Source: a candidate division FCPU426 bacterium (GTDB lineage: Bacteria; Oederibacteriota; Muellerivitia; Muellerivitales; Muellerivitaceae). From it: a stretch of DNA of 64,000 nt. A program made the translations under genes and the position numbers. This document shows positions 29,552-39,374 of the stretch, piece after piece. The stretch is from contig CAWKAR010000039.1 in the NCBI GenBank assembly GCA_963847625.1, positions 45,244-109,243 of the forward strand. Direction: 5' to 3'. The notes under the pieces are model-generated. The model did no database searches. It saw only the letters and a list, made by a program, of their open reading frames with translations, and was not told the DNA's origin. Every line of letters starts with the position of its first letter. Positions within the stretch are counted from its first letter, which is position 1.

Positions 29552-30610
29552 ATGGTTTTCCGGAGCTTTTCATTGGTCGCCAGCCAACCTTTAAAAAATC
29601 GCGAGGAAAAAATCCTTTCCTCAGTTATTCGACACTACGTTGAAACCGCTAAACCGGTGGGTTCGCAGGTTATCGCCCAAAGCATGGATCTTTCCTCGGC
29701 CACGGTTCGAAATGTCCTGCTGGAACTGGAGAATAAAGGTTACTTGACCCACCCCCATACCTCGGCGGGCCGCATTCCGCTGGACTTAGCCTACCGTTTT
29801 TATGTGGACCGGCTCATGCAGGCCCGGAGTTTGAACGTGAGGGAAAAACAACTCATTGAGCAGGAATACGAAAAAACCAAAGATGAAGTGGAAAACCTGA
29901 TGCGGCATACGGCCAAGATCCTCGCCGCAATGACCCGGCTGGCGGGTTTGGCGGTTTATCACACGCCCCAGGAGATATCCCTGGACCATGTCAAACTCAT
30001 CGCAATCGACTCCAGGAAGGTGATGGTGCTTCTTGTCCTGGGGAACGGTCTTCTCAAGGAGGAACTGGTTCACCTGGATGCCCCGGTTAAACTCAAGGAA
30101 GTGGCTAGGATCGGGCAACTCCTGAATTCCAGGTTTAAGGGTATGGGCCTGGTGGAAATCCGCGGGGCCCTTTTGAAAGAAGCTGAGTCGGTCAAGAACG
30201 CCCGACTGGACATCCTGGAGGCCGCCCTCAAGCTAATTGACGGCGCCCTCCGGTATGAATATGACCAGATCCATTTGGAAGGGGCTTCCCGCTTGATGGA
30301 ACAGCCCGAGTTCCGGAACGTGGAAATGATGGAAAAAGTCTTGAGGTTGGTGGAGGAAAAAGAACCCCTCGCCCAATGCTTCAACCGAAGTTGGAACCGA
30401 ACCGGTCTTTCAGTCGAAATCGGGCGCGAGCTTTCCGAACAGTCCCTCCGCGGATTTTCCTTCGTTCACCTCCCCTATACCCTCAAAGGCCGAGTGGTGG
30501 GGGCCGTGGGGGTTTTGGGACCCACGCGGATGGCTTACGACCGGGTGGCAGGAATCGTCGATCATCTGGCCAAGTTTTTGGAAGACACGTTTTCCCGAAG
30601 GGATTGGTGA
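29552..30610 (+). CDS. hrcA: Heat-inducible transcription repressor HrcA
   Basis: 352 aa. N-terminal winged helix SVIRHYVETAKPVGSQVIAQ...ATVRNVLLELENKGYL. Conserved position upstream of grpE-dnaK. Confidence 0.85.
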   Translation: MVFRSFSLVASQPLKNREEKILSSVIRHYVETAKPVGSQVIAQSMDLSSATVRNVLLELENKGYLTHPHTSAGRIPLDLAYRFYVDRLMQARSLNVREKQLIEQEYEKTKDEVENLMRHTAKILAAMTRLAGLAVYHTPQEISLDHVKLIAIDSRKVMVLLVLGNGLLKEELVHLDAPVKLKEVARIGQLLNSRFKGMGLVEIRGALLKEAESVKNARLDILEAALKLIDGALRYEYDQIHLEGASRLMEQPEFRNVEMMEKVLRLVEEKEPLAQCFNRSWNRTGLSVEIGRELSEQSLRGFSFVHLPYTLKGRVVGAVGVLGPTRMAYDRVAGIVDHLAKFLEDTFSRRDW

Positions 30611-30613
30611 ACC

Positions 30614-31225
30614 ATGGTCGAAATCCCCTTTAACGCAGGTCCTATCGACCCGGAACAGGATGTGGAGATTCTCTCCAGCTCCCCCGAACCGGCGGAGGAA
30701 GGGTTCGGCGCCAAAGAACAAACCTCAGGGAGCCAGATCTCCGGCGCCGAGGCTGAGGAGTGGAAGCAAAAACACGACGAGATCAAGGACCGGCTCGTAT
30801 GGATGGCAGCCGATTTCGATAACTATAAAAAAAGGGTCTTGAAGGAGAAGGAAGAATTCCTTAAATTCTCTCAGGCATCCTTGTTGAAGGAATTGCTGGT
30901 CGTGGTGGACAACCTTGAAAGGGCCATGCTTTCCATGCCGAAGGACGACCTGGACCAGGGGTTCCTGGGTCTCAAGCAAGGCGTGGAACTGACCCTGCGC
31001 CAGTTTCATTCCCTCTTGGGGAAAAACGGTGTGACCAAGATGAAGGTCCTGGGCGAACAATTTGACCCCCGGTTCCATCAAGTGATGTTCCAGCAAGAAA
31101 CGACCCAGTATCCGGACCAGACGGTTTTGGAGGAGTTGCAAAGCGGCTATATGCTTCAGGAACGGGTCTTACGGCCCGCCATGGTGAAAGTGGCGAAGAA
31201 CCTTGGATCTTCCCCCACCGGATGA
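30614..31225 (+). CDS. grpE: Nucleotide exchange factor GrpE
   Basis: 203 aa. DRLVWMAADFDNYKKR...LLVVVDNLERA GrpE signature. Confidence 0.9.
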   Translation: MVEIPFNAGPIDPEQDVEILSSSPEPAEEGFGAKEQTSGSQISGAEAEEWKQKHDEIKDRLVWMAADFDNYKKRVLKEKEEFLKFSQASLLKELLVVVDNLERAMLSMPKDDLDQGFLGLKQGVELTLRQFHSLLGKNGVTKMKVLGEQFDPRFHQVMFQQETTQYPDQTVLEELQSGYMLQERVLRPAMVKVAKNLGSSPTG

Positions 31226-31326
31226 CAATGGCCCGCGAATCGTTTGCGGCAAACAACCGTCAATGAATTAGACTTAAAATCCTTGCCTGATTATGGGCAA
31301 GAAACGCAAAAAAGAGGAGTCTTGAA

Positions 31327-33258
31327 ATGGCAACGAACAAAGTATTAGGAATCGATTTGGGAACGACCAATTCGTGTATGGCTATCATGGAAGGCGGCGA
31401 ACCGAAGGTTATCGCCAACTCGGAAGGGGCCCGCACGACACCCTCGGTCGTGGGTTTTTCCAAAACCGGGGAGAGACTGGTCGGACGGGTCGCCAAAAAC
31501 CAGGCCATCACCAACCCTACCAATACGGTCTATTCCATCAAGCGTTTCATGGGCCGCAAGCTCCACGACGCCGAAGTCGAAATGGACCGAAAAATGGTTC
31601 CTTATATCCTGAAAGAAGCTTCCAACGGGGACGTTCGAGTGAAGATCGACGACAAGGAATATTCCCCGCCAGAAATCTCTGCCATGATTCTGCAAAAACT
31701 CAAGACGGACGCTGAGGCTTACCTGGGCGGCGAGATCACAGAGGCCGTTATCACGGTGCCCGCTTATTTCAATGACGCTCAACGTCAAGCTACCAAGGAC
31801 GCCGGTAAAATCGCCGGCATGGAAGTGCTTCGAATCATCAATGAGCCTACGGCGGCGGCGTTGGCCTATGGTTTGGATAAGAAGCAAAAGAATGAAAAGA
31901 TTGCCGTTTATGACCTGGGCGGGGGAACCTTCGACATTTCCATCCTCGAGTTGGGGGACGGTGTGTTCGAAGTGAAGTCCACCAACGGAGACACCCACCT
32001 GGGGGGAGACGACTTCGACCAAAAAATCATCCAGTGGCTCGTGGAGGAGTTCAAGAAGGACAACGGCGTCGACTTGAAGAACGACCGCATGGCCCTTCAA
32101 CGCCTGAAAGAGGGGGCGGAAAAGGCCAAAATCGACCTTTCCACCACCCAGGAAACCGAGATCAATTTGCCCTTCATTACCGCTGACGCATCGGGCCCCA
32201 AGCACCTGAACGTCAAACTAACCCGCTCCAAGTTGGAGCAATTGGTGGGGGACTACGTGGATAAGACCATCGAGCCCTGTCGAAAAGCCCTGAAGGACGC
32301 TGGGTTGGGCGTGAATGACATCAACGAAGTGGTATTAGTAGGCGGTATGACCCGTATGCCCCTGGTCATTAAGACCGTGAAAGATTTCTTCCAAAAAGAA
32401 CCCCACAAGGGAGTCAACCCCGACGAGGTCGTGGCCGTAGGTGCCGCCATCCAGGCCGGTGTCTTGAAGGGCGAGGTCAAAGACGTTCTTCTCCTGGACG
32501 TCACGCCCCTCTCTCTGGGCGTGGAAACGCTGGGCGGCGTCATGACCCGCATCATCGACCGCAACACCACCATTCCAGTCAAGAAAAGCCAGATTTTTTC
32601 CACCGCTGCGGACGGCCAAAGCACGGTTTCCATCCATGTCCTTCAGGGAGAACGCGAGATGGCCACCGACAACCGCACCCTCGGACGGTTCGACCTGGTA
32701 GGTATCCCGCCGGCGCCGCGCGGCGTGCCTCAGATCGAAGTGACCTTCAACATCGACGCCAACGGCATATTACACGTCGCGGCCAAGGACCTGGGCACGG
32801 CCAAGGAACAGTCCATACGCATCACGCCATCCTCGGGCTTATCCGAGGACGAAATCAAGAAAATGCAAAAGGACGCTGAGGCCCATGCCGATGAGGACAT
32901 GAAAAAGAAGGAAAAAATCGAGGCAAAGAACCACGCTGATACCCTGGCCTACTCCACTGAGAAGGCCCTCAAGGAATACGGGGACAAGGTAGATGGCGAT
33001 ACTAAGAAAAAAATCGAAGAAAAGCTCGAGGCCTTGAAAAAAGTTCTCCCCGGAGACGACATCGAAGCAATCAAGAAAGCCACCGAAGAGTTGACTGAAG
33101 CCTCCATGAAACTCGGGGAGGCCATGTACAAAGCTTCCGCCGAGAAACAGGCGGCCTCCGGGGCTCAAACGTCCGAAAGCCCCAAACCCGAGGAAAAAGA
33201 AAAAAACGAGGGAGCTGTTGACGCGGAATACGAGCCCATGGATAAAGATAAAAAATAA
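31327..33258 (+). CDS. dnaK: Chaperone DnaK (Hsp70)
   Basis: [28 protein letters not shown] Hsp70 signatures; 643 aa. Confidence 0.97.
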   Translation: MATNKVLGIDLGTTNSCMAIMEGGEPKVIANSEGARTTPSVVGFSKTGERLVGRVAKNQAITNPTNTVYSIKRFMGRKLHDAEVEMDRKMVPYILKEASNGDVRVKIDDKEYSPPEISAMILQKLKTDAEAYLGGEITEAVITVPAYFNDAQRQATKDAGKIAGMEVLRIINEPTAAALAYGLDKKQKNEKIAVYDLGGGTFDISILELGDGVFEVKSTNGDTHLGGDDFDQKIIQWLVEEFKKDNGVDLKNDRMALQRLKEGAEKAKIDLSTTQETEINLPFITADASGPKHLNVKLTRSKLEQLVGDYVDKTIEPCRKALKDAGLGVNDINEVVLVGGMTRMPLVIKTVKDFFQKEPHKGVNPDEVVAVGAAIQAGVLKGEVKDVLLLDVTPLSLGVETLGGVMTRIIDRNTTIPVKKSQIFSTAADGQSTVSIHVLQGEREMATDNRTLGRFDLVGIPPAPRGVPQIEVTFNIDANGILHVAAKDLGTAKEQSIRITPSSGLSEDEIKKMQKDAEAHADEDMKKKEKIEAKNHADTLAYSTEKALKEYGDKVDGDTKKKIEEKLEALKKVLPGDDIEAIKKATEELTEASMKLGEAMYKASAEKQAASGAQTSESPKPEEKEKNEGAVDAEYEPMDKDKK

Positions 33259-33287
33259 TTCAAGACGATGGGTTTTATATTTTGAAT

Positions 33288-33324
33288 GATGAAAGGCGGC
33301 CGAAAGGCCGCCTTTCATGTTTTA
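33288..33324 (+). terminator. Rho-independent terminator after dnaK
   Basis: gaaaggcggccgaaaggccgcctttc perfect hairpin followed by atgtttt. Confidence 0.7.
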
Positions 33325-33408
33325 AGGCCTCGGCGGTAATTGGAGGGTGATATAATCCCAATTAATCTAAGTCATTTCGCTTGGGCCATCCAATTCGAGG
33401 TTAATGAA

Positions 33409-34566
33409 TTGTCTTTCAAAAAAATCGCCATCCTGGGTTCAACCGGCTCCATCGGCCAATCCGCCCTCAAAGTTGTTCAAAAGCTCAAACCCGGATTCCA
33501 AGTAACTGGTTTGACCGCTAACCGCAACATCCTGGAACTTGCCAAACAAATCAAGGCCTTCCGGCCCAAATTAGCCGCGCTCATGGATGAAAATCTGGTT
33601 TCCCGGCTCAAGGGCCTCGTGAAGGGCCTCCCGACCCGCGTCTTGGGCGGGGAAGAGGGACTGCTGGCGGTGGCGGCGGAATCGGGAGCCGATATGGTGC
33701 TTTCCGCCATCGTAGGTGCCGCAGGCTTGAAATCAACCTTAACCGCCATCCAAAGGGGCAAAGACATCGCGCTGGCCAACAAGGAAACCATGGTGATGGC
33801 TGGGGAAGTCGTGACGAAGGCGGCCCGGAAATCGGGTTCCAAAATCCTTCCGGTAGACAGCGAACATTGCGCCATATTCCAATGCTTGGCTGGATGCGAC
33901 AAGCCGGAAACCGAAATCCACCGGATCCTCCTTACGGCATCCGGCGGGCCCTTTCGCCTCCTGCACCGGAAGCATTTCCACAAGATAAAGCTGAAAGAAG
34001 CCCTGAACCACCCCACCTGGCGCATGGGTCCCAAGATCACCATCGATTCGGCCACTATGATGAACAAGGGGTTGGAGGTCATCGAGGCCCATTACCTGTT
34101 TGGCGCTCCCTTCCGAAAAATTGAAATCGTAATCCATCCCGAGTCCATCGTACATTCCATGGTGGAGTTCATCGACGGATCGGTGCTAGCCCAGTTGGGT
34201 ACCACCGACATGCAGATTCCCATCCAATTCGCCATCACTTATCCTATCCGGCGGAAAACTCCCGTGGAAAGACTGGACTTTGCCAAGGCGGGCAAACTTC
34301 ACTTTGAGAAACCCGACCGTAAAAAATTTCCCTGCGTGGACCTGGCTTACGAGGCGGGAGAAAAAGGCGGCACCTTTCCCGCGGTTTTAAACGCGGCCAA
34401 CGAGGTGGCGGTGGATCGATTTTTAAAAGAGGAAATCGGTTTCAGCGATATCCCTAGAATCATCGATAAAACCCTGGCAAAATACCGTCCCCTGACAAAT
34501 GGGACCCTCGATGGTATATTGATGGCCGATCGCTGGGCCCGGGCACAAGCGGCCAAAATCCTGTAA
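33409..34566 (+). CDS. dxr: 1-deoxy-D-xylulose 5-phosphate reductoisomerase
   Basis: KKIAILGSTGSIGQSALKVV NADPH-binding start plus conserved Dxr core. The ORF opens at 33340 directly after the terminator; a TTG at 33409 with a GAGG RBS is the more plausible start. Confidence 0.85.
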   Translation: MSFKKIAILGSTGSIGQSALKVVQKLKPGFQVTGLTANRNILELAKQIKAFRPKLAALMDENLVSRLKGLVKGLPTRVLGGEEGLLAVAAESGADMVLSAIVGAAGLKSTLTAIQRGKDIALANKETMVMAGEVVTKAARKSGSKILPVDSEHCAIFQCLAGCDKPETEIHRILLTASGGPFRLLHRKHFHKIKLKEALNHPTWRMGPKITIDSATMMNKGLEVIEAHYLFGAPFRKIEIVIHPESIVHSMVEFIDGSVLAQLGTTDMQIPIQFAITYPIRRKTPVERLDFAKAGKLHFEKPDRKKFPCVDLAYEAGEKGGTFPAVLNAANEVAVDRFLKEEIGFSDIPRIIDKTLAKYRPLTNGTLDGILMADRWARAQAAKIL

Positions 34567-34575
34567 GGAAACCCC

Positions 34576-35931
34576 ATGAACTCAACTCTATGGCTTATCG
34601 AAGTTATCGTGGCTTTCGGCTTCATGATTTTCATCCATGAAGGCGGACATTTCCTGTTTTGTAGGCTGTTCAAGGTGGAAGTGGAGGAATTCGCGTTGGG
34701 GTTTGGAACGCGCCTAGCCAGTTGGAAATGGGGAAAAACACTCTATTCCATCCGGGCATTACCCCTGGGGGGATTCTGCAAACCCCAAGGAGGGGACTTG
34801 AGCGGTGAAAGCGCCGAGAAAATGTACGAGAATCCCCCCCAACCCGGGGATTTCCTGAGCGCCGCCTGGTGGAAAAGGATATTTATTTTCATGGCCGGTC
34901 CCGGTATGAATTTCATCTCGGCCTTCTGTCTTTACTTCCTGCTTTTCTGGATTATCGGGGACAAGGTTCCCATGGGAAAACCCTTCCTGGGTTATATTCC
35001 CCCTCATAGCGCGGCCTCGGTGGCGGGTTTGAAGGAAGGAGACCATCTTTTAAAAGTCGACGGTTCGTATTACAAGAATCTTTACCGCGCGGTGGGAGTC
35101 ATTTTCGATAGGTTAGACAGAAGAAAAGGTTCCGGCGTCATTCTGACCCTGGAGAGAAAGGGAAAAACCTTCAATTGCGTCCTAAAGGGGGCCATAAAAA
35201 ATCCTGACTTTGAATTGGGAATATACCAGGCTCTTCCTCCTGTGATCGGGATGGTGCCTTTCTCCTCCCCGGCACGGAAGGCTGGGTTATTGGAAGGAGA
35301 CTTGATCCTGAGCGTTGACGGCCAGAAAGTTTCCGAGTGGGGTGAGCTGACTTATATTATCCACCATTCCATGACAGATGAAATCCATCTCCTCGTCTCA
35401 CGGCAGGGAAAGTCTTATCCCGTTGTTTTAAAAAAAGTTTTCGACGGAATGGGGAAACACATCGGCATCTCCCCGCCGGATGCGACGGAATTTGACGCCC
35501 AAAAAATGGGTGTATTGGAAGCTTTCAGCGCGGCCGGAACAAAGATTGTCGGAACTACCCTTCTTTACGCGGACGCACTCTGGGAAATGGTGGTGGGGAA
35601 GATATCCTTGAAAGATAATATTGGCGGCCCCGTGACCATCATGCGGGTCATGTACCAAAGAGCGTCCCTGGGCTGGCAGGAATTTCTTAATATCATCGCT
35701 TTTATTTCCCTCATCCTTTGCATCATGAACCTTCTTCCGATCCCGGTGGTGGACGGCGGCCAAGTGGTCCTTTGCCTCGTGGAGGGGATCAAACGGAAAG
35801 CCGTTTCAGTCAAGGTGCAGATGGCCTACCAGCAAGTGGGTTTCATCCTGGTGATTGGGCTCATGGTCTTTGCTGTCATCATGGATTTCTGGAGCCTCTA
35901 CCTGGAAAAATTCCACAACCAATTCCATTAA
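34576..35931 (+). CDS. rseP: Site-2 protease RseP/RasP (zinc metalloprotease with PDZ domains)
   Basis: HEGGHF HExxH in TM1, two PDZ-like segments, NLLPIPVVDGGQVV (LDG motif). Confidence 0.88.
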   Translation: MNSTLWLIEVIVAFGFMIFIHEGGHFLFCRLFKVEVEEFALGFGTRLASWKWGKTLYSIRALPLGGFCKPQGGDLSGESAEKMYENPPQPGDFLSAAWWKRIFIFMAGPGMNFISAFCLYFLLFWIIGDKVPMGKPFLGYIPPHSAASVAGLKEGDHLLKVDGSYYKNLYRAVGVIFDRLDRRKGSGVILTLERKGKTFNCVLKGAIKNPDFELGIYQALPPVIGMVPFSSPARKAGLLEGDLILSVDGQKVSEWGELTYIIHHSMTDEIHLLVSRQGKSYPVVLKKVFDGMGKHIGISPPDATEFDAQKMGVLEAFSAAGTKIVGTTLLYADALWEMVVGKISLKDNIGGPVTIMRVMYQRASLGWQEFLNIIAFISLILCIMNLLPIPVVDGGQVVLCLVEGIKRKAVSVKVQMAYQQVGFILVIGLMVFAVIMDFWSLYLEKFHNQFH

Positions 35932-36006
35932 AGAATCATTCAATTCTTGTCGGGGGCGTGGTAATAGAGCCCCCCGCCGGACATCCAAGCCTTTGGGGAG
36001 GGCTTT

Positions 36007-37179
36007 TTGAAACTTCACGAGTACCAAGCCAAGGAAATCTTCGCCAAGTACGGGCTTCCGGTGGCGCCCGGCATGGTGGTGAAACACCTTCAGGAAATGG
36101 ACGACGTCCTGAAACGCTTTCCCACAGGGCCCTGGGTGGTGAAAGCGCAGATCCACGCGGGCAGAAGGGGAAAGAGCGGGGGGGTCAAGCTGGTCAAGAC
36201 CGAGGAGGAGCTTCGCCAAAAGGCCAGCGATATCCTGGGCATGACCCTCATCTCCCCCCAGACCGGCCCCCAAGGGCGCCTGGTCAAAAAAATCTTCGTC
36301 ACCCCTGCCGTAGGATATGTCCGGGAACTTTACGTCGGTGTGGTCCTAGACCGCGTGAGCAGGCGCCCGGTGATCCTGGCGGCTTCCGAAGGCGGCACCG
36401 AGATCGAGGAGCTGGCCGCTACACAAACCGGGGCCATCCAAAAAGTACCCCTGGACCCCATAGAAGGCCTGCGGCCTTTCCAAGCCCGCCAATTGCACCT
36501 GGACCTCGGCCTATCCCGGGAAAAAATCAACCAGGGAGCCAAGTTGTTCCAGGACCTGGTGCGGATGTTCCTGGACCTGGATTTAACCCTGGCGGAAGTG
36601 AACCCCCTGGTCGTGCTGAAAAACGACGACCTCCACTGCCTGGACGCAAAAATTTCCTTCGATGACAATGGCTTGTCCCGGCACAAGGAATACGCCTCCT
36701 TGCGGGATGCGGACGAGGAAGATCCCCGCGAACTGCAAGCTTCCGAATTCGGCCTTTCCTACATCTCATTAGATGGAAGCATCGGGAGCCTGGTCACCGG
36801 GGCGGGATTGGCCATGGCCACCGCCGACGCCATCCAGCATTTCGGCGGATCGCCGGCTAATTTTCTCGACGTGGGAGATGGGGCCAGCACGAAGGCGGTC
36901 ACCGAAGCCTTCAAACTCATCCTGTCCGATAACCGGGTCAAGGCCGTCCTTGTCAACATTTTCGGGGGCATCATGAAATGCGACGTCATTGCCCAGGGTA
37001 TCCTGGACGCCGCCCGGGATGTGGGAATAAAACTGCCCATGGTCATCCGGTTGGAGGGAACCAACTTGGAACAGGGCAAGGAAATCCTGACCAAATCCGA
37101 CCTTACTTACAGCTTCGCATCCAGTATGGACGAGGCTGCGAAAGCCGCGGTAGCCGCCGCGGGCGGGCCGCGGCAATGA
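36007..37179 (+). CDS. sucC: Succinyl-CoA synthetase beta subunit
   Basis: TTG start. [20 protein letters not shown]-grasp N-terminus; C-terminal CoA-ligase domain. Confidence 0.9.
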   Translation: MKLHEYQAKEIFAKYGLPVAPGMVVKHLQEMDDVLKRFPTGPWVVKAQIHAGRRGKSGGVKLVKTEEELRQKASDILGMTLISPQTGPQGRLVKKIFVTPAVGYVRELYVGVVLDRVSRRPVILAASEGGTEIEELAATQTGAIQKVPLDPIEGLRPFQARQLHLDLGLSREKINQGAKLFQDLVRMFLDLDLTLAEVNPLVVLKNDDLHCLDAKISFDDNGLSRHKEYASLRDADEEDPRELQASEFGLSYISLDGSIGSLVTGAGLAMATADAIQHFGGSPANFLDVGDGASTKAVTEAFKLILSDNRVKAVLVNIFGGIMKCDVIAQGILDAARDVGIKLPMVIRLEGTNLEQGKEILTKSDLTYSFASSMDEAAKAAVAAAGGPRQ

Positions 37180-38090
37180 GCATATTCTTAAACAAGAACG
37201 CGAAAGTCATCTGCCAGGGCATCACCGGTTTAGCCGGATTGTTTCATTCCAAGGCTTGCCGGGAATATGGCACACAAATCGTGGGAGGCGTTACGCCGGG
37301 AAAAGGCGGGACGGAGGTGGAGGGTTTCAAGGTATTCGACACCGTGTCGGAGGCGGTGGGAAAGACTGGAGCCGACACCACCATGATATTCGTGCCGGCC
37401 ATGTTTGCGGCAGACGCCATTCTGGAAGCCGCTGCGGCCGGAATCAAGCTCATCGTGTGCATCACCGAGGGGATTCCCGCCAACGACATGGCACGAGTTG
37501 TGAAGTTTCTAGAAAGCTTTCCTCAGACCCGTTTGATCGGGCCCAATTGCCCGGGAATCATTACGCCGGGTGAATCCAAAGTGGGGATCATGCCGGCCTA
37601 CATCCATAAACCCGGCCGAATCGGCATCGTTTCCCGGTCGGGGACCCTGACCTACGAGGCGGTTTGGCAGGTTACCCAATTAGGTTTAGGCCAATCCACC
37701 TGCCTGGGAATCGGTGGGGACCCCATCGTCGGAACCAGCCACCGGGAGGCCTTAGAAGCCTTCAACCGGGACAAGGGCACCCAGGCTGTCATCCTGATTG
37801 GGGAGATTGGGGGTACCGCTGAGGAAGAGGCGGCCCAATATGTTAAAAAGGAAATGAAAAAACCCGTGGCTGCTTTTATTGCTGGAATGACGGCTCCCCC
37901 GGGCAAGCGCATGGGCCATGCCGGGGCGGTCGTCTCCGGTGGACATGGTACGGCTAAAGAGAAAATTGAGGCCCTGGAAGCCGCAGGGATTGTAGTGGCC
38001 CAGAGTCCGGGGGAGATTGGAAACGCCCTGGTGGAGGTCCTCAAGAATAAGAAGGGTAAGACCAAATCCAAGACTAAAAAGGAAAAATAA
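37176..38090 (+). CDS. sucD: Succinyl-CoA synthetase alpha subunit
   Basis: ATGA overlap with suc[19 protein letters not shown]..., phosphohistidine loop SRSGTLTYE, Lys-rich tail. The ORF-track entry 36978..38090 carries a spurious N-terminal extension. Confidence 0.9.
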   Translation: MSIFLNKNAKVICQGITGLAGLFHSKACREYGTQIVGGVTPGKGGTEVEGFKVFDTVSEAVGKTGADTTMIFVPAMFAADAILEAAAAGIKLIVCITEGIPANDMARVVKFLESFPQTRLIGPNCPGIITPGESKVGIMPAYIHKPGRIGIVSRSGTLTYEAVWQVTQLGLGQSTCLGIGGDPIVGTSHREALEAFNRDKGTQAVILIGEIGGTAEEEAAQYVKKEMKKPVAAFIAGMTAPPGKRMGHAGAVVSGGHGTAKEKIEALEAAGIVVAQSPGEIGNALVEVLKNKKGKTKSKTKKEK

Positions 38091-38160
38091 ATTCCGTTGT
38101 TTTTTTCGTATAGGCAAAAGCACTGGAAAATTTTTCTAAACTTGCAAGTTCAATGGTTTT

Positions 38161-39054
38161 TCAGGATGTGTAAAGATTTTTCATAGCTTCCAAAATGATG
38201 GCTTCTTGAGGACCCCAAATTCTCGAATCGGTCGAAGAAAAAACTGCGAAAGTTCTCAAGCCGCAGGCCGAAGCCAATTGAGTCACCCCACTGTCATTTC
38301 CGAGGAAGACCGCGGATTGGGAAAAAACAGCCGCTAAATCCCGAAGTTCCAAAGGTTGGTTCAGGACTTGGACATCCTTTAAATCCCCGAAGGCTTTTCG
38401 GATTTGGTCTATGTTTTTTTCTTCGGCTTCCCCCCAAACCACCAATACCTGCTTTTGGGATTCTTTCACGGCCCTTTCGGCCGCGTTTCTAAAAAATGAA
38501 AGTGGGGCATTCTTGGCCGGGCTTCCGCTACCGGGGTGGATCACCAGGGGAGCCGAGAGTCCCAATGAGGACAGGATGGTTTCTCCCTTTTTGCGCATGG
38601 CATCTCCGATCCGCAGTTTGGATAGCCGGAAAGGTGAATCGGGGGGCAAGCTTTTTCCTGCGGCTGTTTCTAACCAATATTCAGCCGCCCATCGGGCTTC
38701 CTTTAAAAATTCATCGAAGGTTTTGGCGGATTGATGGATTTTTAAGCCGGGAATTTCTAAAATCTTTTTTAGGATATTATCATCGGGTTCCTTAAAGAAA
38801 AGATAGGCATCACTGTAATAAGACCAGAAAGGATCTGGACCGTTAGTCATTAGATTTTGAAGAACTTTTTCCAGGGAAAGGATTTCTTGGACGCCCATCA
38901 AGTCAGCACCCAAGGAGCTGTAGGGAAAAGTGCCGGCAACCGTAACAGGTGCGGAAGATTGAAGAAATTGAAGGGCCGGTAAGGTCAAGAGACAGTCCCC
39001 CAAACTGCCGGCGGTCAGCACGATTGTTTTTTGTTTTTCCAAGGTAGATGCCAT
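38161..39054 (-). CDS. Glycosyltransferase family 9 (ADP-heptose:LPS heptosyltransferase-like)
   Basis: C-terminal LGNDSGVTQLASACGLRTFAVFSSTDSRIWGP matches the GT9 donor-binding signature; 297 aa. Confidence 0.7.
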   Translation of the reverse strand: MASTLEKQKTIVLTAGSLGDCLLTLPALQFLQSSAPVTVAGTFPYSSLGADLMGVQEILSLEKVLQNLMTNGPDPFWSYYSDAYLFFKEPDDNILKKILEIPGLKIHQSAKTFDEFLKEARWAAEYWLETAAGKSLPPDSPFRLSKLRIGDAMRKKGETILSSLGLSAPLVIHPGSGSPAKNAPLSFFRNAAERAVKESQKQVLVVWGEAEEKNIDQIRKAFGDLKDVQVLNQPLELRDLAAVFSQSAVFLGNDSGVTQLASACGLRTFAVFSSTDSRIWGPQEAIILEAMKNLYTS

Positions 39055-39374
39055 TATAAAACGTTTTTGTGATCAAGCAATTTACCGACAAACTTATGGT
39101 GAAGCCAATCGAAAATAATTTTGTAAACCGGTTCAAAAGACGAAAGCGCTTCCCAAGAATCTTAATAATCACTCTGTTTTACGTTGGTTTGAAGGCTTTT
39201 TTATGCTTTCATGGAGACCAATTTTTAAAGGACGGTTTACCTTAGTCTGACTGCCGGTAATTTCCGTTTTCTATAGGTTGGTTTAATAAGTCGTCGAAAC
39301 GTAAAACAAGTTAGTCCTATTATCAATTATCCGCGTCTTAAAATCTTATTAGTAATAAAGAGGTTTAATCTGAT

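Noticed and set aside
31345-32205. 286-aa minus-strand ORF antisense to dnaK
   Set aside because: It is fully nested in dnaK with no motifs, so it is an antisense artefact.
35718-36665. 315-aa Arg/Pro/Gly-rich ORF spanning the rseP 3' end and sucC 5' end
   Set aside because: Alternative frame of two well-supported genes; low-complexity composition typical of out-of-frame GC-rich sequence.
36978-37175. N-terminal 66-codon extension of sucD in the ORF track
   Set aside because: It overlaps sucC in another frame. The canonical SucD N-terminus ([18 protein letters not shown]) begins at ATG 37176, which overlaps the sucC stop.
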